Shown here: one piece after another, positions 29,672 through 40,552 of the stretch | How positions within the stretch are numbered: position 1 is the stretch's first letter | How the letters are laid out: every line of letters begins with the position of its first letter | Source: an uncultured Pseudomonadales bacterium | Lineage (GTDB): Bacteria; Patescibacteriota; Microgenomatia; UBA1400; CAYXSR01 | DNA: 64,000 nucleotides | Reading direction: 5' to 3' | NCBI GenBank assembly: GCA_964467735.1 | Contig: CAYXSR010000001.1 | Span: 108,839-172,838 of the forward strand | Translations under genes and position numbers: made by a program | The notes under the pieces: generated by a model | Databases searched by the model: none | The model's input: only the letters and a program-made list of their open reading frames with translations | Told to the model about the DNA's origin: nothing

Positions 29672-30428
29672 AACTGCGATTCTTTATTCTCTACCTCCGT
29701 GTGAACTAGGATTTTGTGGCCCTAAACAAAAACAAGCTAAAAAAATTCTTCGGCAATTTATTCTGGGTAAAAAAGTAAATATTGCCAAAATCAAAAAGGC
29801 TTTAAAAAATTTTGAAGCTGCTTTTCCATATTATCAATTAATCGCTAAAGCCAATAATATTAAAGATGTTTTTAGTAAAAAAGTCGTTGAAGCTTATTGG
29901 CTAGGTAATGGTCTTTTAAAAAAAGTGAAATATTCAGATATTATTCATCTTATCCTCAGCCAGTTCTCCCAACCAGGTCTTTTAACTTTAAAAGAAGCCC
30001 AAAAACGAATAAAAAAAATCCCAAAGAGGGCTAAAGCTCATCATGTCTTTCATGTTTTTATTCTTGGTCCAATTGCTGGCAGAATTAATTTCACTCCTGA
30101 ACTTTTGGATTTATGTCGGGTTAGTTGGGGACAAATTATAAAAATAGAAAAAAACTCAAAATCTTTAAAAGTGAAAGTAAAAACTAAAACACTAATCATT
30201 CAGAACGGAAAATATGCCTTAGGGACAAAGATAATTAAACAAATTGAAGGAAATAAACACATTTTTAAAAACTTAAAGATTGGCCAGTGGATTAGTTTTC
30301 ATTGGAACCAAGTCTGTGATGTTTTAAATAACCAAAAAGTAAATGCGCTAAAATATTATACAAAAATTCACTTAATGAACAGCACAAGTAATACAGGGGT
30401 CAAAACTTCTAATAAGAATCTCAATTAA
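29652..30428 (+). CDS. DUF6390-like conserved hypothetical protein
   Basis: PP..LGFCGP, VVEAYWLGN, HHVFHV, DLCRVSWG, GQWISFHW...C; family recognised from motifs only. Confidence 0.65.
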   Translation: MSIVGIKTAILYSLPPCELGFCGPKQKQAKKILRQFILGKKVNIAKIKKALKNFEAAFPYYQLIAKANNIKDVFSKKVVEAYWLGNGLLKKVKYSDIIHLILSQFSQPGLLTLKEAQKRIKKIPKRAKAHHVFHVFILGPIAGRINFTPELLDLCRVSWGQIIKIEKNSKSLKVKVKTKTLIIQNGKYALGTKIIKQIEGNKHIFKNLKIGQWISFHWNQVCDVLNNQKVNALKYYTKIHLMNSTSNTGVKTSNKNLN

Positions 30429-31619
30429 ATTATGTTGTTCTTCTATTGGCCGATTTTTATTTTGAGTTAGTAAACTAGTTGCCGCCTCTTCTATTGCTGC
30501 TAAATTTTGAGCTGTTGGAGTAAGAATATTACAATAAACTACTTTTCCATCTTTGACTTCAAAAGAATAATAAAGCGTTCCTCTTGGTGCCTCAATCGCT
30601 GCGCTTCCAACTCCTGATCTAAACGGTATCTCTACTTGAACTTCTTCTTGGGGACTTCTGTTAAACCAGTAAAGCAAATTTAATGCCTCCTCAAGAAAAT
30701 GAAAAATTTCTATTGCTTGAGCTACATTGATAAAAAATGGGTTTTTCTCTGGTAAAACAAGTGCCATATCTTTTAAAACTTTATTAGTTCTCCTATGAAG
30801 CCTATTTTTAAATTGATTAAGTCTGGAAAGTGCCCCGACTACAAAAGGTTTACTGGTAAACGAAGAATATTTTACTGGTGACCCATATTTTACCTGTTCA
30901 ATAATCAATTTTTGATAGTCGCCTGGGTCTGCCTTAAAACCAGTTAAACAACTAATTTGGCCATCATAATATGAATAATCCTTGTCGTTGTCTAAACAGA
31001 TCTGGGATGGATTAAAATTGCTAATCTTAGGGTATTCTAAGTGGCTAAAAATGCTAATTAGCTCCTCAGCACCAGAGAAAACCTGTTCGATATCTAGAAT
31101 TAAGGAAGATAGCCTGTCTCTATCTGGTTCTTGAGTAAACCCTCCCACCATCGGAGTAATCGGATGGACAACTCTGCCTGTAATTATTTCTAGAAGTCTG
31201 TCGCAGATTTTCTTTAATTTTAAAACCATATGGTATTCCACTGGATAAAGTTTAATTATCTCAATTCCTCTTTCTTTTTCAGGGGTAAAATCAGGCAAAA
31301 CAAGAAAAAAAAGGTGAATAAGGTGGCTGTTGATAATTTGACAGCAAAGCATTAATTTTCTTAAGTTGATAATTGTCTCATTTACTTTTACCCCTAAAGC
31401 GTTTTCTAAGGCTTTTATTGATCCTAAACTGTGAGCAACAGGGCAAATTCCACAGATTCTACAGGCAATAAAGGGAGCTTCCTGAAAATCCCTACCTCTT
31501 ACTAGCTGTTCAAACAGTCTTTCTCCCTCACTTACAACCAAATGAGCCTTATGATTAGCCATATCTAGCTTAAGATGTCCATGACCTTCGATTCTGGCAA
31601 TTAGATTAGATGTAGGCAT
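30372..31619 (-). CDS. [NiFe]-hydrogenase large subunit, group 3b-like
   Basis: RIEGHG, L1 RICGICPVAH, EAPRG, TPT, L2 DPCITCAVH followed directly by the stop. Confidence 0.92.
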   Translation of the reverse strand: MPTSNLIARIEGHGHLKLDMANHKAHLVVSEGERLFEQLVRGRDFQEAPFIACRICGICPVAHSLGSIKALENALGVKVNETIINLRKLMLCCQIINSHLIHLFFLVLPDFTPEKERGIEIIKLYPVEYHMVLKLKKICDRLLEIITGRVVHPITPMVGGFTQEPDRDRLSSLILDIEQVFSGAEELISIFSHLEYPKISNFNPSQICLDNDKDYSYYDGQISCLTGFKADPGDYQKLIIEQVKYGSPVKYSSFTSKPFVVGALSRLNQFKNRLHRRTNKVLKDMALVLPEKNPFFINVAQAIEIFHFLEEALNLLYWFNRSPQEEVQVEIPFRSGVGSAAIEAPRGTLYYSFEVKDGKVVYCNILTPTAQNLAAIEEAATSLLTQNKNRPIEEQHNLIEILIRSFDPCITCAVH

Positions 31620-32337
31620 TGAAAGAATTAATTAATTTATCTAGCTCTTCTTCTGGTAAAAAAGACAGTGTTTTCTTAATCATTTCTCGAGTAATTCCCT
31701 GTTTTAATCCCCAACATCCCCAACAGTATCTACCTGATTCGACACAAACCGCTCCACAACCAGCAAAAGTAAATACACCTAAACATTTCTTTTTCTGACG
31801 AACTAAACATCGTGAAGAATTAAATGGTCCCCGAGGACATTCAGTACAGACAGAAGTTTTTTTCTCTGGAGGAATTTTATCTTTTAAAAGATAAATTAAA
31901 GCCTCTTTTATTTGTTTAGGATTAGCTGGACAACCTCTAATAAAATAATCTACTTTCACATAACAATGGATTGGTTTTACTTCAAAGGCTCCCAATTTAT
32001 ACATTTGGTTATAGCTTTTATTCTTTGCTTCTTCCCTTGAAGATTGTTGGTTGAGGATTGATTGAATACCTCCTAAAGTAGCACAACTTCCCAAAGCTAC
32101 TAAGATTTTTGACTGTTGACGAATTTTTTTAATCCTTTGAATATCTTGACTATTGGTAATAACTCCTTCAACAATACTTATATCAAAGGGACCTTCAGTT
32201 TTAAAATCTGATCCCAAACGAAAGTTTACTAACTCATTGTCAGCGATTAAATCCATTAAAAATGTCCCTAAACCTAATAATTCAACCTCGCAGCCCTCAC
32301 AGTCAGTAAAGTCAAAAATAGCAATTTTTTTACCCAT
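31606..32337 (-). CDS. [NiFe]-hydrogenase small (delta-type) subunit
   Basis: CEGC, EG, GSCA..GG, GCP, and distal Cys cluster C..C..C..CLG..GC...C...C.GC.G. Confidence 0.9.
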   Translation of the reverse strand: MGKKIAIFDFTDCEGCEVELLGLGTFLMDLIADNELVNFRLGSDFKTEGPFDISIVEGVITNSQDIQRIKKIRQQSKILVALGSCATLGGIQSILNQQSSREEAKNKSYNQMYKLGAFEVKPIHCYVKVDYFIRGCPANPKQIKEALIYLLKDKIPPEKKTSVCTECPRGPFNSSRCLVRQKKKCLGVFTFAGCGAVCVESGRYCWGCWGLKQGITREMIKKTLSFLPEEELDKLINSFNAYI

Positions 32338-32402
32338 TTTTCCCCATATAATTAAGAAATTATGAAACTTGACTTTTCACAAACATATGCTATAATAGCG
32401 CT

Positions 32403-32436
32403 ATTCTCTCCGAAATAAAAGGGGAGAATTTTTTTT
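32403..32436 (+). terminator. terminator-like hairpin directly after the M23 gene promoter
   Basis: ATTCTCTCC-9 nt-GGGGAGAAT plus T7, just downstream of TTGACT-16-(TG)cTATAAT. Confidence 0.5.
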
Positions 32437-32437
32437 A

Positions 32438-33145
32438 TTGGGCCTAAATAAAGCCCTACCTATGATTAATTTAAAACAAAAATTTAATCTTTTAAAGACT
32501 TGGTTAAGTGCTGTTTTCTATTGGCTTGAGGAAAATAAATTGGTTGGAGATTTTTTCAAAATCTTTTCTGACAAAAGAAGAAAAGGTAATCTTTTCTCTC
32601 GACCTTTCCGTTTGCTTTTCTCTGGTAGAAAAGTCGGGAAACTACAAAGTATTGTTTTAATCTTTACTTTAACTATTACCGGACTCGTTTCTAGTGCTAC
32701 ACCTGTTTTTGGTCAACCGGAAGAGCTCGAAGAACTTGCTGTTAGACAAGAGATTAGCCAACCAATCACGACTGAAACTACCTTTAGAAATCCTGTTGAA
32801 GGTTATCTTTCCCAGGGTTATCATTGGGGTCACTGGGCAATTGATATTGCTGGTAATGCTGGTAAAGAAATCTTCCCAGTTGCTGAAGGTGAAGTAATCG
32901 AGGTTGACTCAAGTCGTTGGGGTTATGGTCATAAAGTTATTGTAAAACATAGTGAAAATCTTGTTTCTCTTTATGCCCATATGAATGAGATGAAAGTGGA
33001 AATTGGCCAACATGTTGATAAAAATACTGTCTTAGGTACTGTTGGTTCAACTGGTTGGTCAACAGGTGCCCACCTTCACTTAGAAATCTGGGAAAATAAT
33101 AAAGCTATAAACCCTATCTTAGTTATACCAGGGTGGCAGAAATAA
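32438..33145 (+). CDS. M23 family metallopeptidase (true start may be ATG 32462)
   Basis: HWAIDIA, YAHM, GSTGWSTGAHLHLE. Confidence 0.9.
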   Translation: MGLNKALPMINLKQKFNLLKTWLSAVFYWLEENKLVGDFFKIFSDKRRKGNLFSRPFRLLFSGRKVGKLQSIVLIFTLTITGLVSSATPVFGQPEELEELAVRQEISQPITTETTFRNPVEGYLSQGYHWGHWAIDIAGNAGKEIFPVAEGEVIEVDSSRWGYGHKVIVKHSENLVSLYAHMNEMKVEIGQHVDKNTVLGTVGSTGWSTGAHLHLEIWENNKAINPILVIPGWQK

Positions 33146-33150
33146 TTATG

Positions 33151-33180
33151 AAAAAGCCCCTTTGAAAAGGGGCTTTTTTT
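33151..33180. terminator. bidirectional intrinsic terminator between the M23 gene and groL
   Basis: AAAAAGCCCCTT-TGAA-AAGGGGCTTTTTTT. Confidence 0.9.
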
Positions 33181-33197
33181 GTTTTTTAAAATCTTTT

Positions 33198-34871
<1,674 letters not shown>

Positions 34872-35168
34872 TTAGCTTTTTACTAATGCTAAAATATTTT
34901 CAAATTTTACAAAAATATATTCTTTTTCTCCCAATCCAAGCTTAACCTCATCGCCTCCCCATTTTTTATAAATAACCATATCGCCCTTTTTACAAGGAGC
35001 CTTTCTTTTTAGATCATCAGCTCCAACGGCCAAAACTTTTGCTTGTTGGGGTTTTTCATCGTGAGAATCAGGAAGATAAATTCCGGAAGCAGTTTTCTTT
35101 TGTCCTTCGACTGGTTCAAGTAAAACATAACCTTGAGTGGGCTTTAAATTAGAAACAACAGTTTTCAT
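34872..35168 (-). CDS. groS: co-chaperonin GroES
   Basis: KTASGIYLP mobile loop, V.AVG, GD.V.Y.KWGG; SD AAGGAGG. Confidence 0.95.
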   Translation of the reverse strand: MKTVVSNLKPTQGYVLLEPVEGQKKTASGIYLPDSHDEKPQQAKVLAVGADDLKRKAPCKKGDMVIYKKWGGDEVKLGLGEKEYIFVKFENILALVKS

Positions 35169-35213
35169 AAATTTATCCTCCTTAAGTATGGAAAAATTTC
35201 CTTTATTAAAAAG

Positions 35214-35267
35214 CTATCAGTTGATGATAGCAAGTGCTATTTTAAAAATAAGTCAGCAATTTGTCAA
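35214..35267 (-). promoter_or_regulatory. groES sigma70 promoter with overlapping degenerate CIRCE
   Basis: TTGACA(35262-67)-17-TAAAAT(35239-44); ATAGCACTT-N9-AACTGATAG at 35214-35240 versus the CIRCE consensus TTAGCACTC-N9-GAGTGCTAA. Confidence 0.7.
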
Positions 35268-35714
35268 GCACTTAGTAGTTGAATAATAAGGATTTAAGGG
35301 GAAAACAAATAAAGTTCCGCCAATTTTTTCAATTAATTTATTTTTCTTTTTTAAGTAAGGACTATTACTAGAAACAGCTAAAATTTCTGGTTTAATTAAT
35401 TGAAGTAAACTTAAATGAGTTTTTTCTTTATTAAAATCACTTGGTAAAAGAAAAATAAAGTCAGGAATTTTTAACTCAGCCAAATTTCTCAATCTTCTCT
35501 CTTCATTATTAACTGGTCTACCTTTTCCTTTTAATTGTTTTATTCTTTTATCTGTTTCTAAACCTACAATAAGAATTTCTCCTTGTTTTTTGGCCGCCTT
35601 TAAAAATTCTTTATGACCAGGGTGAAGAACATCAAAACAGCCAGTAGCTAGAACTTTCTTTTTTTTATTAATTTTTAAATTTGGAAAATCCTCTAGTTTA
35701 ATTATTTTTGTCAT
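35253..35714 (-). CDS. cytidylyltransferase family protein (RfaE-II/TagD/FAD synthase-like)
   Basis: GCFDVLHPGH, KG.GRPVN, STT. Confidence 0.82.
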   Translation of the reverse strand: MTKIIKLEDFPNLKINKKKKVLATGCFDVLHPGHKEFLKAAKKQGEILIVGLETDKRIKQLKGKGRPVNNEERRLRNLAELKIPDFIFLLPSDFNKEKTHLSLLQLIKPEILAVSSNSPYLKKKNKLIEKIGGTLFVFPLNPYYSTTKCLTNC

Positions 35715-35764
35715 AGAATTAGTTTATATTTTAACAGAATTAACTAAATGATAAACTTAAAGCA

Positions 35765-37510
35765 ATGAATAGAAGAAAATTGGTTTTTCTTATTTTAATA
35801 ATTTTAACAGTTTATTTTGGTTTGTTAACTATTAATTTTTGGCAAATTAATTCTCAATTAAAAAAAATTAAAACTCATATTGCTAAAAACCAAATAGAAA
35901 AACTTAAGCAAGATAATTTAGATTTGTCAGAAAAAGTACAACAAACTAGTTTTCTTCTAAGAATTTTACCAAACATTGGAATTATTAAAGATACTAAACA
36001 AGTGCTTGAATTAACCAATCAAGCTAATGATTTTATTAAAAAGTGCTTTAATCTTGGTGAAGCTGGTAGTCAATTATTTGCGGCTATTATAAATAATCGG
36101 CAAGAAAATTTTGATGATGTTTTTTCTTCTTGGAAAATACAAACGACTGAATTAGAATATCAAATTCAACAATTAACTAAGAACATTGAAAAAAACAAAA
36201 ACAATAAAATCCTTAGAAAATTTAATTTAAAACCAGATGAGATCGTCTCACAAGTCAATGAAAAAGTTTCCTTAATTCGAGAATTTAATAGTTATCTACC
36301 AGAGTTTTTAGGTGTAGAAAAAGACAAAAGATATCTTGTCCTTTTACAAAATAATATGGAGCTTAGGCCAACTGGTGGGTTTATGGGTTCTTACGCTTTG
36401 CTCAGTTTTAAAAATGGCGTTATGAAAAACTTAGAAATTCAAGATATCTATGTTCCTGATGGTCAGGTCAAAGGTCATATTGAACCACCAGTTCCAATCC
36501 AGCAGACTTTCCAACTTGGTAATTGGCGTCTGCGTGATGCTAACTGGGATCCTGACTTTCCTACTTCAACTGAAACTATTTTATGGTTTTTTGAAAAAGG
36601 AAATGTCAAAAATATCGATGGGGTCTTTGCCCTTAATCTCAATTTAGCAATCGATTTACTACAAACCACTGGTCCAATAACTTTAATTGATTACAACGAG
36701 AAAGTTAATAAAGATAATATTTACCAAATAACTCAATATTATGCCGAAACTGATTTCTTTCCTGGTTCAACCCAAAAAAAAGATTTTCTTTCTGTTTTAG
36801 CAAAAAGCATCATTGAAAAAATTAAAACAGATCCTCAAATTAATTTCTTATCATTAATGCAAATATTACTAAACAATCTAAACAACAACGAGATGCTTTT
36901 ATATTTTAAAAATGAAGATTTGCAAAGAATGACTGTTAATCAAAATTGGGATGGAAGTTTAAAGAAATCTTCCCTTTTAGCATCAGACTCAATTCAAGAT
37001 TATTTAGCGATTTATGAAACTAATTTGGGAGTTAATAAAGCTAATTGCTGTATTCAAAGGATAACAACTCATAAGATCTTAACATCTAAAGAAAAAATTA
37101 ATCACTCAGTATTATTGGAATTAACAAATGAAAATAAAAGCAATGAATCAAAACCTCCAAAATATTGGGGCGGTCGCTATATTAATTTCTTAAGAATCAT
37201 TGTTCCCCAGGAAGTTCAAATTGAAAAAATAACTATTGATAATCTTCCATTATCGACAAAAGATATCTTTATAGAAGAACAAAAAAATAATCTAAAATCT
37301 GTTGGGTTTTTTGCTAATGTTGATGCTTTAACAACAAAAAAGATAGAACTTATCTATACTTTACCAATGGCTGATGAAAAAATTTATCAGTTAAGGCTTC
37401 AAAAACAACCAGGTGTTCGATCTAGCCCTCAAATTATCTATTTTAATAATCTTTCAACTGAAATAAAAAGCGATCTTGAAAAAAGTGGGCTTTTTGAATT
37501 TAAAATTTAA
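35765..37510 (+). CDS. DUF4012 domain membrane-anchored protein
   Basis: YLVLLQNNMELRPTGGF.GSY, RDANWDPDFP, N...NK motifs. Confidence 0.8.
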   Translation: MNRRKLVFLILIILTVYFGLLTINFWQINSQLKKIKTHIAKNQIEKLKQDNLDLSEKVQQTSFLLRILPNIGIIKDTKQVLELTNQANDFIKKCFNLGEAGSQLFAAIINNRQENFDDVFSSWKIQTTELEYQIQQLTKNIEKNKNNKILRKFNLKPDEIVSQVNEKVSLIREFNSYLPEFLGVEKDKRYLVLLQNNMELRPTGGFMGSYALLSFKNGVMKNLEIQDIYVPDGQVKGHIEPPVPIQQTFQLGNWRLRDANWDPDFPTSTETILWFFEKGNVKNIDGVFALNLNLAIDLLQTTGPITLIDYNEKVNKDNIYQITQYYAETDFFPGSTQKKDFLSVLAKSIIEKIKTDPQINFLSLMQILLNNLNNNEMLLYFKNEDLQRMTVNQNWDGSLKKSSLLASDSIQDYLAIYETNLGVNKANCCIQRITTHKILTSKEKINHSVLLELTNENKSNESKPPKYWGGRYINFLRIIVPQEVQIEKITIDNLPLSTKDIFIEEQKNNLKSVGFFANVDALTTKKIELIYTLPMADEKIYQLRLQKQPGVRSSPQIIYFNNLSTEIKSDLEKSGLFEFKI

Positions 37511-37518
37511 ATTAAGAA

Positions 37519-38142
37519 CTATTTCTTTAAGATTTTTCTCTTTTCTGCTTCAATAATCTTTTCTACTATCTCAACTGTTTTTTTGAGTTTTCCCTCTTTA
37601 TTCTCCACTAAATAATCAAAATTTCTATATTGTCTTAATTCCCAAATTGCTCTGTTTAAACTCCATTTTGTTCCTGTTTTAGTTTCTGTAGCTCTTTTCT
37701 TCATTCGTTTTTCCAAAATCTTTATACCTTCGGCTAAAAAAACAAACATAGAATAAGGAACTTCTTTTTTTACTTTGTTATAAATATTTTTAACTCCCCT
37801 AACATCAATCCGCCAAATAACATCCTTACCTGATTTTAAAGCCTCAAGAACGTGCTTCTTCTGACTACCACGATAATCTCCTCGATATTCTACCCATTCT
37901 AAAAATGCTTCTTGGGCAATTAACTTCTCGAATTGTTCTTTAGAAATAAAATAATAATCAATTCCCTCTTTTTCTTCTTTTCTCTTCGGCCGAGAATTGG
38001 TAGTTACTAAACGCCTCATATTCTTATTACGTCTCAGTAAATTTCTCATAACACTATCTTTACCACTACATGTAGGACCGGAAAGCACAATTAAGATATT
38101 TCTTTGTTTCTGTTTTTCAATTTCTTTTGAGGCCTCAGACAT
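37519..38142 (-). CDS. gmk: guanylate kinase
   Basis: SGPTCSGK, T..R.KR..E.EG.DYYF, FLEW.EY.G, IDV.G. Confidence 0.9.
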   Translation of the reverse strand: MSEASKEIEKQKQRNILIVLSGPTCSGKDSVMRNLLRRNKNMRRLVTTNSRPKRKEEKEGIDYYFISKEQFEKLIAQEAFLEWVEYRGDYRGSQKKHVLEALKSGKDVIWRIDVRGVKNIYNKVKKEVPYSMFVFLAEGIKILEKRMKKRATETKTGTKWSLNRAIWELRQYRNFDYLVENKEGKLKKTVEIVEKIIEAEKRKILKK

Positions 38143-38282
38143 TTTTAGTCTCCTTTCTTTTTTACTACACTAAATTAGATATAGTTTATCACGCTTATCT
38201 TCACAATCAAAGCCTCTTGGTTTTTCTCTAAACTTATAACCTATAACTGTTTGCGTCCTGAATTAAAAACAGTTTATAATTT

Positions 38283-40490
38283 ATGTTATCTATGAAGATT
38301 ATAAAACTAAAGAAATTTCTTTCTCATAAAAAAAATCTTTTTTTTATTGGAATTGTTTTTATTTTGATTGCTATCTCTTTTTATATCCTTAATGACCTAC
38401 CTTCTCCCACAAAACTTGCTAAACCAATTTATCCTGTCTCTACTCAAATTTTTGATCGGAATAAAAAACTTCTTTATGAAATATATAGTGATAAGAAACG
38501 CACCCCAATTAAACTATCAGAAATACCTGATTATGTAAAACAAGCCACCATTGCTATTGAAGACAAAAATTTTTACAAACATCAGGGTCTTGATTTTTCT
38601 GGTATAACAAGAGCTTTTTATAATATTGTTTTTAAAAAAAATATTCAAGGCGGTTCGACAATTACTCAGCAATTAATTAAAACAGCCCTTCTTACTCCAG
38701 AAAAAACAGTAAAAAGGAAAATCAGAGAAGCAATCTTGGCTTTTTTAACTGAAATTATTTATACAAAAGATGAAATTTTAGAAATGTATCTTAATTTTAT
38801 TCCATACGGTGGTACTTCCTATGGTATAGAACAGGCGGCAAGAACTTACTTTGATAAACCAGCAAAAGATTTAAACTTAGCTGAGGCGGTTCTTCTTGCT
38901 GGATTGCCAGCTGCTCCTACTCGTTTCTCACCATTTGGGGTAAATCCAAAATTAGCCGAAGAACGACAGCATCAGGTCTTAAGTAGAATGGTAGAAGATA
39001 ATTACATTAGCGAGGAAGAGGCGGAAAAGGCTGAGAATGAACCTCTCAAATTTACCTCCCAAACTACAGATATTAAAGCTCCTCATTTTGTAATGTATGT
39101 TAAAGATTTATTAGTAGAGAAGTATGGACAAAAGATGGTTGAGCAAGGAGGGTTAAGAGTGATTACTTCCTTAGACCTAGATATCCAAGAGTTTGCTCAA
39201 CAGACTGTTGCTTCAGAAGTTGCTAAATTAAAAAACATGAATGTTGGAAACGGAGCTGCTTTGGTTACTAAACCACCAACTGGAGAAATACTAGCAATGA
39301 TTGGTTCAAAAGATTACTTTGATACCGAGAATGATGGAAATGTGAATGTGACTACTAGCCTAAGACAACCTGGTTCTTCAATTAAACCTATTAATTATGC
39401 CGTTGGTCTCAAAAAGGGATATACGCCGGCAACTCTGTTTTTAGATATTCCTACTTGTTTTTCAATACCCAACCAGCCGCTTTATTGTCCTCATAACTAT
39501 GATGGAAAATTTCACGGACCTGTTCAGATGCGCTTTGCTTTAGGTAATTCTTTCAATATTCCAGCAGTAAAGATGTTAGCTTTGAATAGTGTCCAAGACA
39601 TGATCGATACTGCTTCGGCAATGGGAATTAGTACCTGGGAAGATCCCAGCCGTTATGGATTATCATTAACCTTAGGAGGCGGTGAAGTAAAAATGGTTGA
39701 TATGGCCGTTGCCTTTGGTGTCTTTGGTAACCAAGGTAAAAAAATAGGCCTTGATCCAATCTTAAAAGTATATGATTATCAAGGAAAGGTCTTAGAAGAA
39801 AAGGACTTAGAAAATCACCCGCCGGCCGGAGAAAATGTTTTAGATCCACAGGTAACCTATCTTATTTCCCATATTCTTTTAGATAACAATGCTCGGACAC
39901 AAGCTTTTGGACCCAGCTCACAATTAGTTATTCCTAATCATGCAGTCTCTGTTAAAACAGGAACCACTGATGATTTAAGGGATAATTGGACAATTGGTTA
40001 TACACCTTCATTCTTGGTTAGTAGTTGGATTGGAAACAATAACAACTCACCAATGCATCCTTATTTAGTTTCTGGAGTAACTGGTGCCGCCCCGATTTGG
40101 CATAAAATAATGAGCTATGTTTTAGAAGACAAACCCGATGAGTGGCCTAAGAAACCAGATACAATTATTGGCCGTCATACTTGTCAACAACAAGAAGGAG
40201 AAGAAGATAATTGTCTTGGGGATAGATTTGAATATTTTATCAAAAACAACGATGCAAAAGTCTTTAATGGTAAAATTGAAAAAAAACAAATTTGGATTGA
40301 TAGAGAAACCGGCCGCCCACCTGAACCAGGAAAAGTAGATAACCTTGAACTCCAAGAACATACGGTTGCTTCTGATGCTTTTGTAAAAGATTATTGTCTA
40401 AGTTGTCCCCATGAAAATGAAAAACCAGTTGTTGTTAGTTACCCAGTTATAAATCAAGAGTCAATAATAAACTTTCCTTCTAATAATTAA
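38283..40490 (+). CDS. class A penicillin-binding protein (PBP1A), copy 1
   Basis: EDKNFY.H.G, GGSTITQQL, RK..E; SSIK, SFN, KTG. Confidence 0.93.
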   Translation: MLSMKIIKLKKFLSHKKNLFFIGIVFILIAISFYILNDLPSPTKLAKPIYPVSTQIFDRNKKLLYEIYSDKKRTPIKLSEIPDYVKQATIAIEDKNFYKHQGLDFSGITRAFYNIVFKKNIQGGSTITQQLIKTALLTPEKTVKRKIREAILAFLTEIIYTKDEILEMYLNFIPYGGTSYGIEQAARTYFDKPAKDLNLAEAVLLAGLPAAPTRFSPFGVNPKLAEERQHQVLSRMVEDNYISEEEAEKAENEPLKFTSQTTDIKAPHFVMYVKDLLVEKYGQKMVEQGGLRVITSLDLDIQEFAQQTVASEVAKLKNMNVGNGAALVTKPPTGEILAMIGSKDYFDTENDGNVNVTTSLRQPGSSIKPINYAVGLKKGYTPATLFLDIPTCFSIPNQPLYCPHNYDGKFHGPVQMRFALGNSFNIPAVKMLALNSVQDMIDTASAMGISTWEDPSRYGLSLTLGGGEVKMVDMAVAFGVFGNQGKKIGLDPILKVYDYQGKVLEEKDLENHPPAGENVLDPQVTYLISHILLDNNARTQAFGPSSQLVIPNHAVSVKTGTTDDLRDNWTIGYTPSFLVSSWIGNNNNSPMHPYLVSGVTGAAPIWHKIMSYVLEDKPDEWPKKPDTIIGRHTCQQQEGEEDNCLGDRFEYFIKNNDAKVFNGKIEKKQIWIDRETGRPPEPGKVDNLELQEHTVASDAFVKDYCLSCPHENEKPVVVSYPVINQESIINFPSNN
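38891..39352 (+). repeat. 462-bp exact repeat, copy 1
   Basis: Base-by-base identical to 41350-41811. Confidence 0.93.
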
Positions 40491-40552
40491 CTTTGATTAA
40501 TTAAATTAATTATATCTTTCATCTCTCAATATTTCTTGATAAAATTAAAACA

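Noticed and set aside
38128-38137. gaggcctca matching the tRNA-Cys 3' end as a possible attR
   Set aside because: Only 9 bp, inside the gmk coding start, with no integrase and core genes in between
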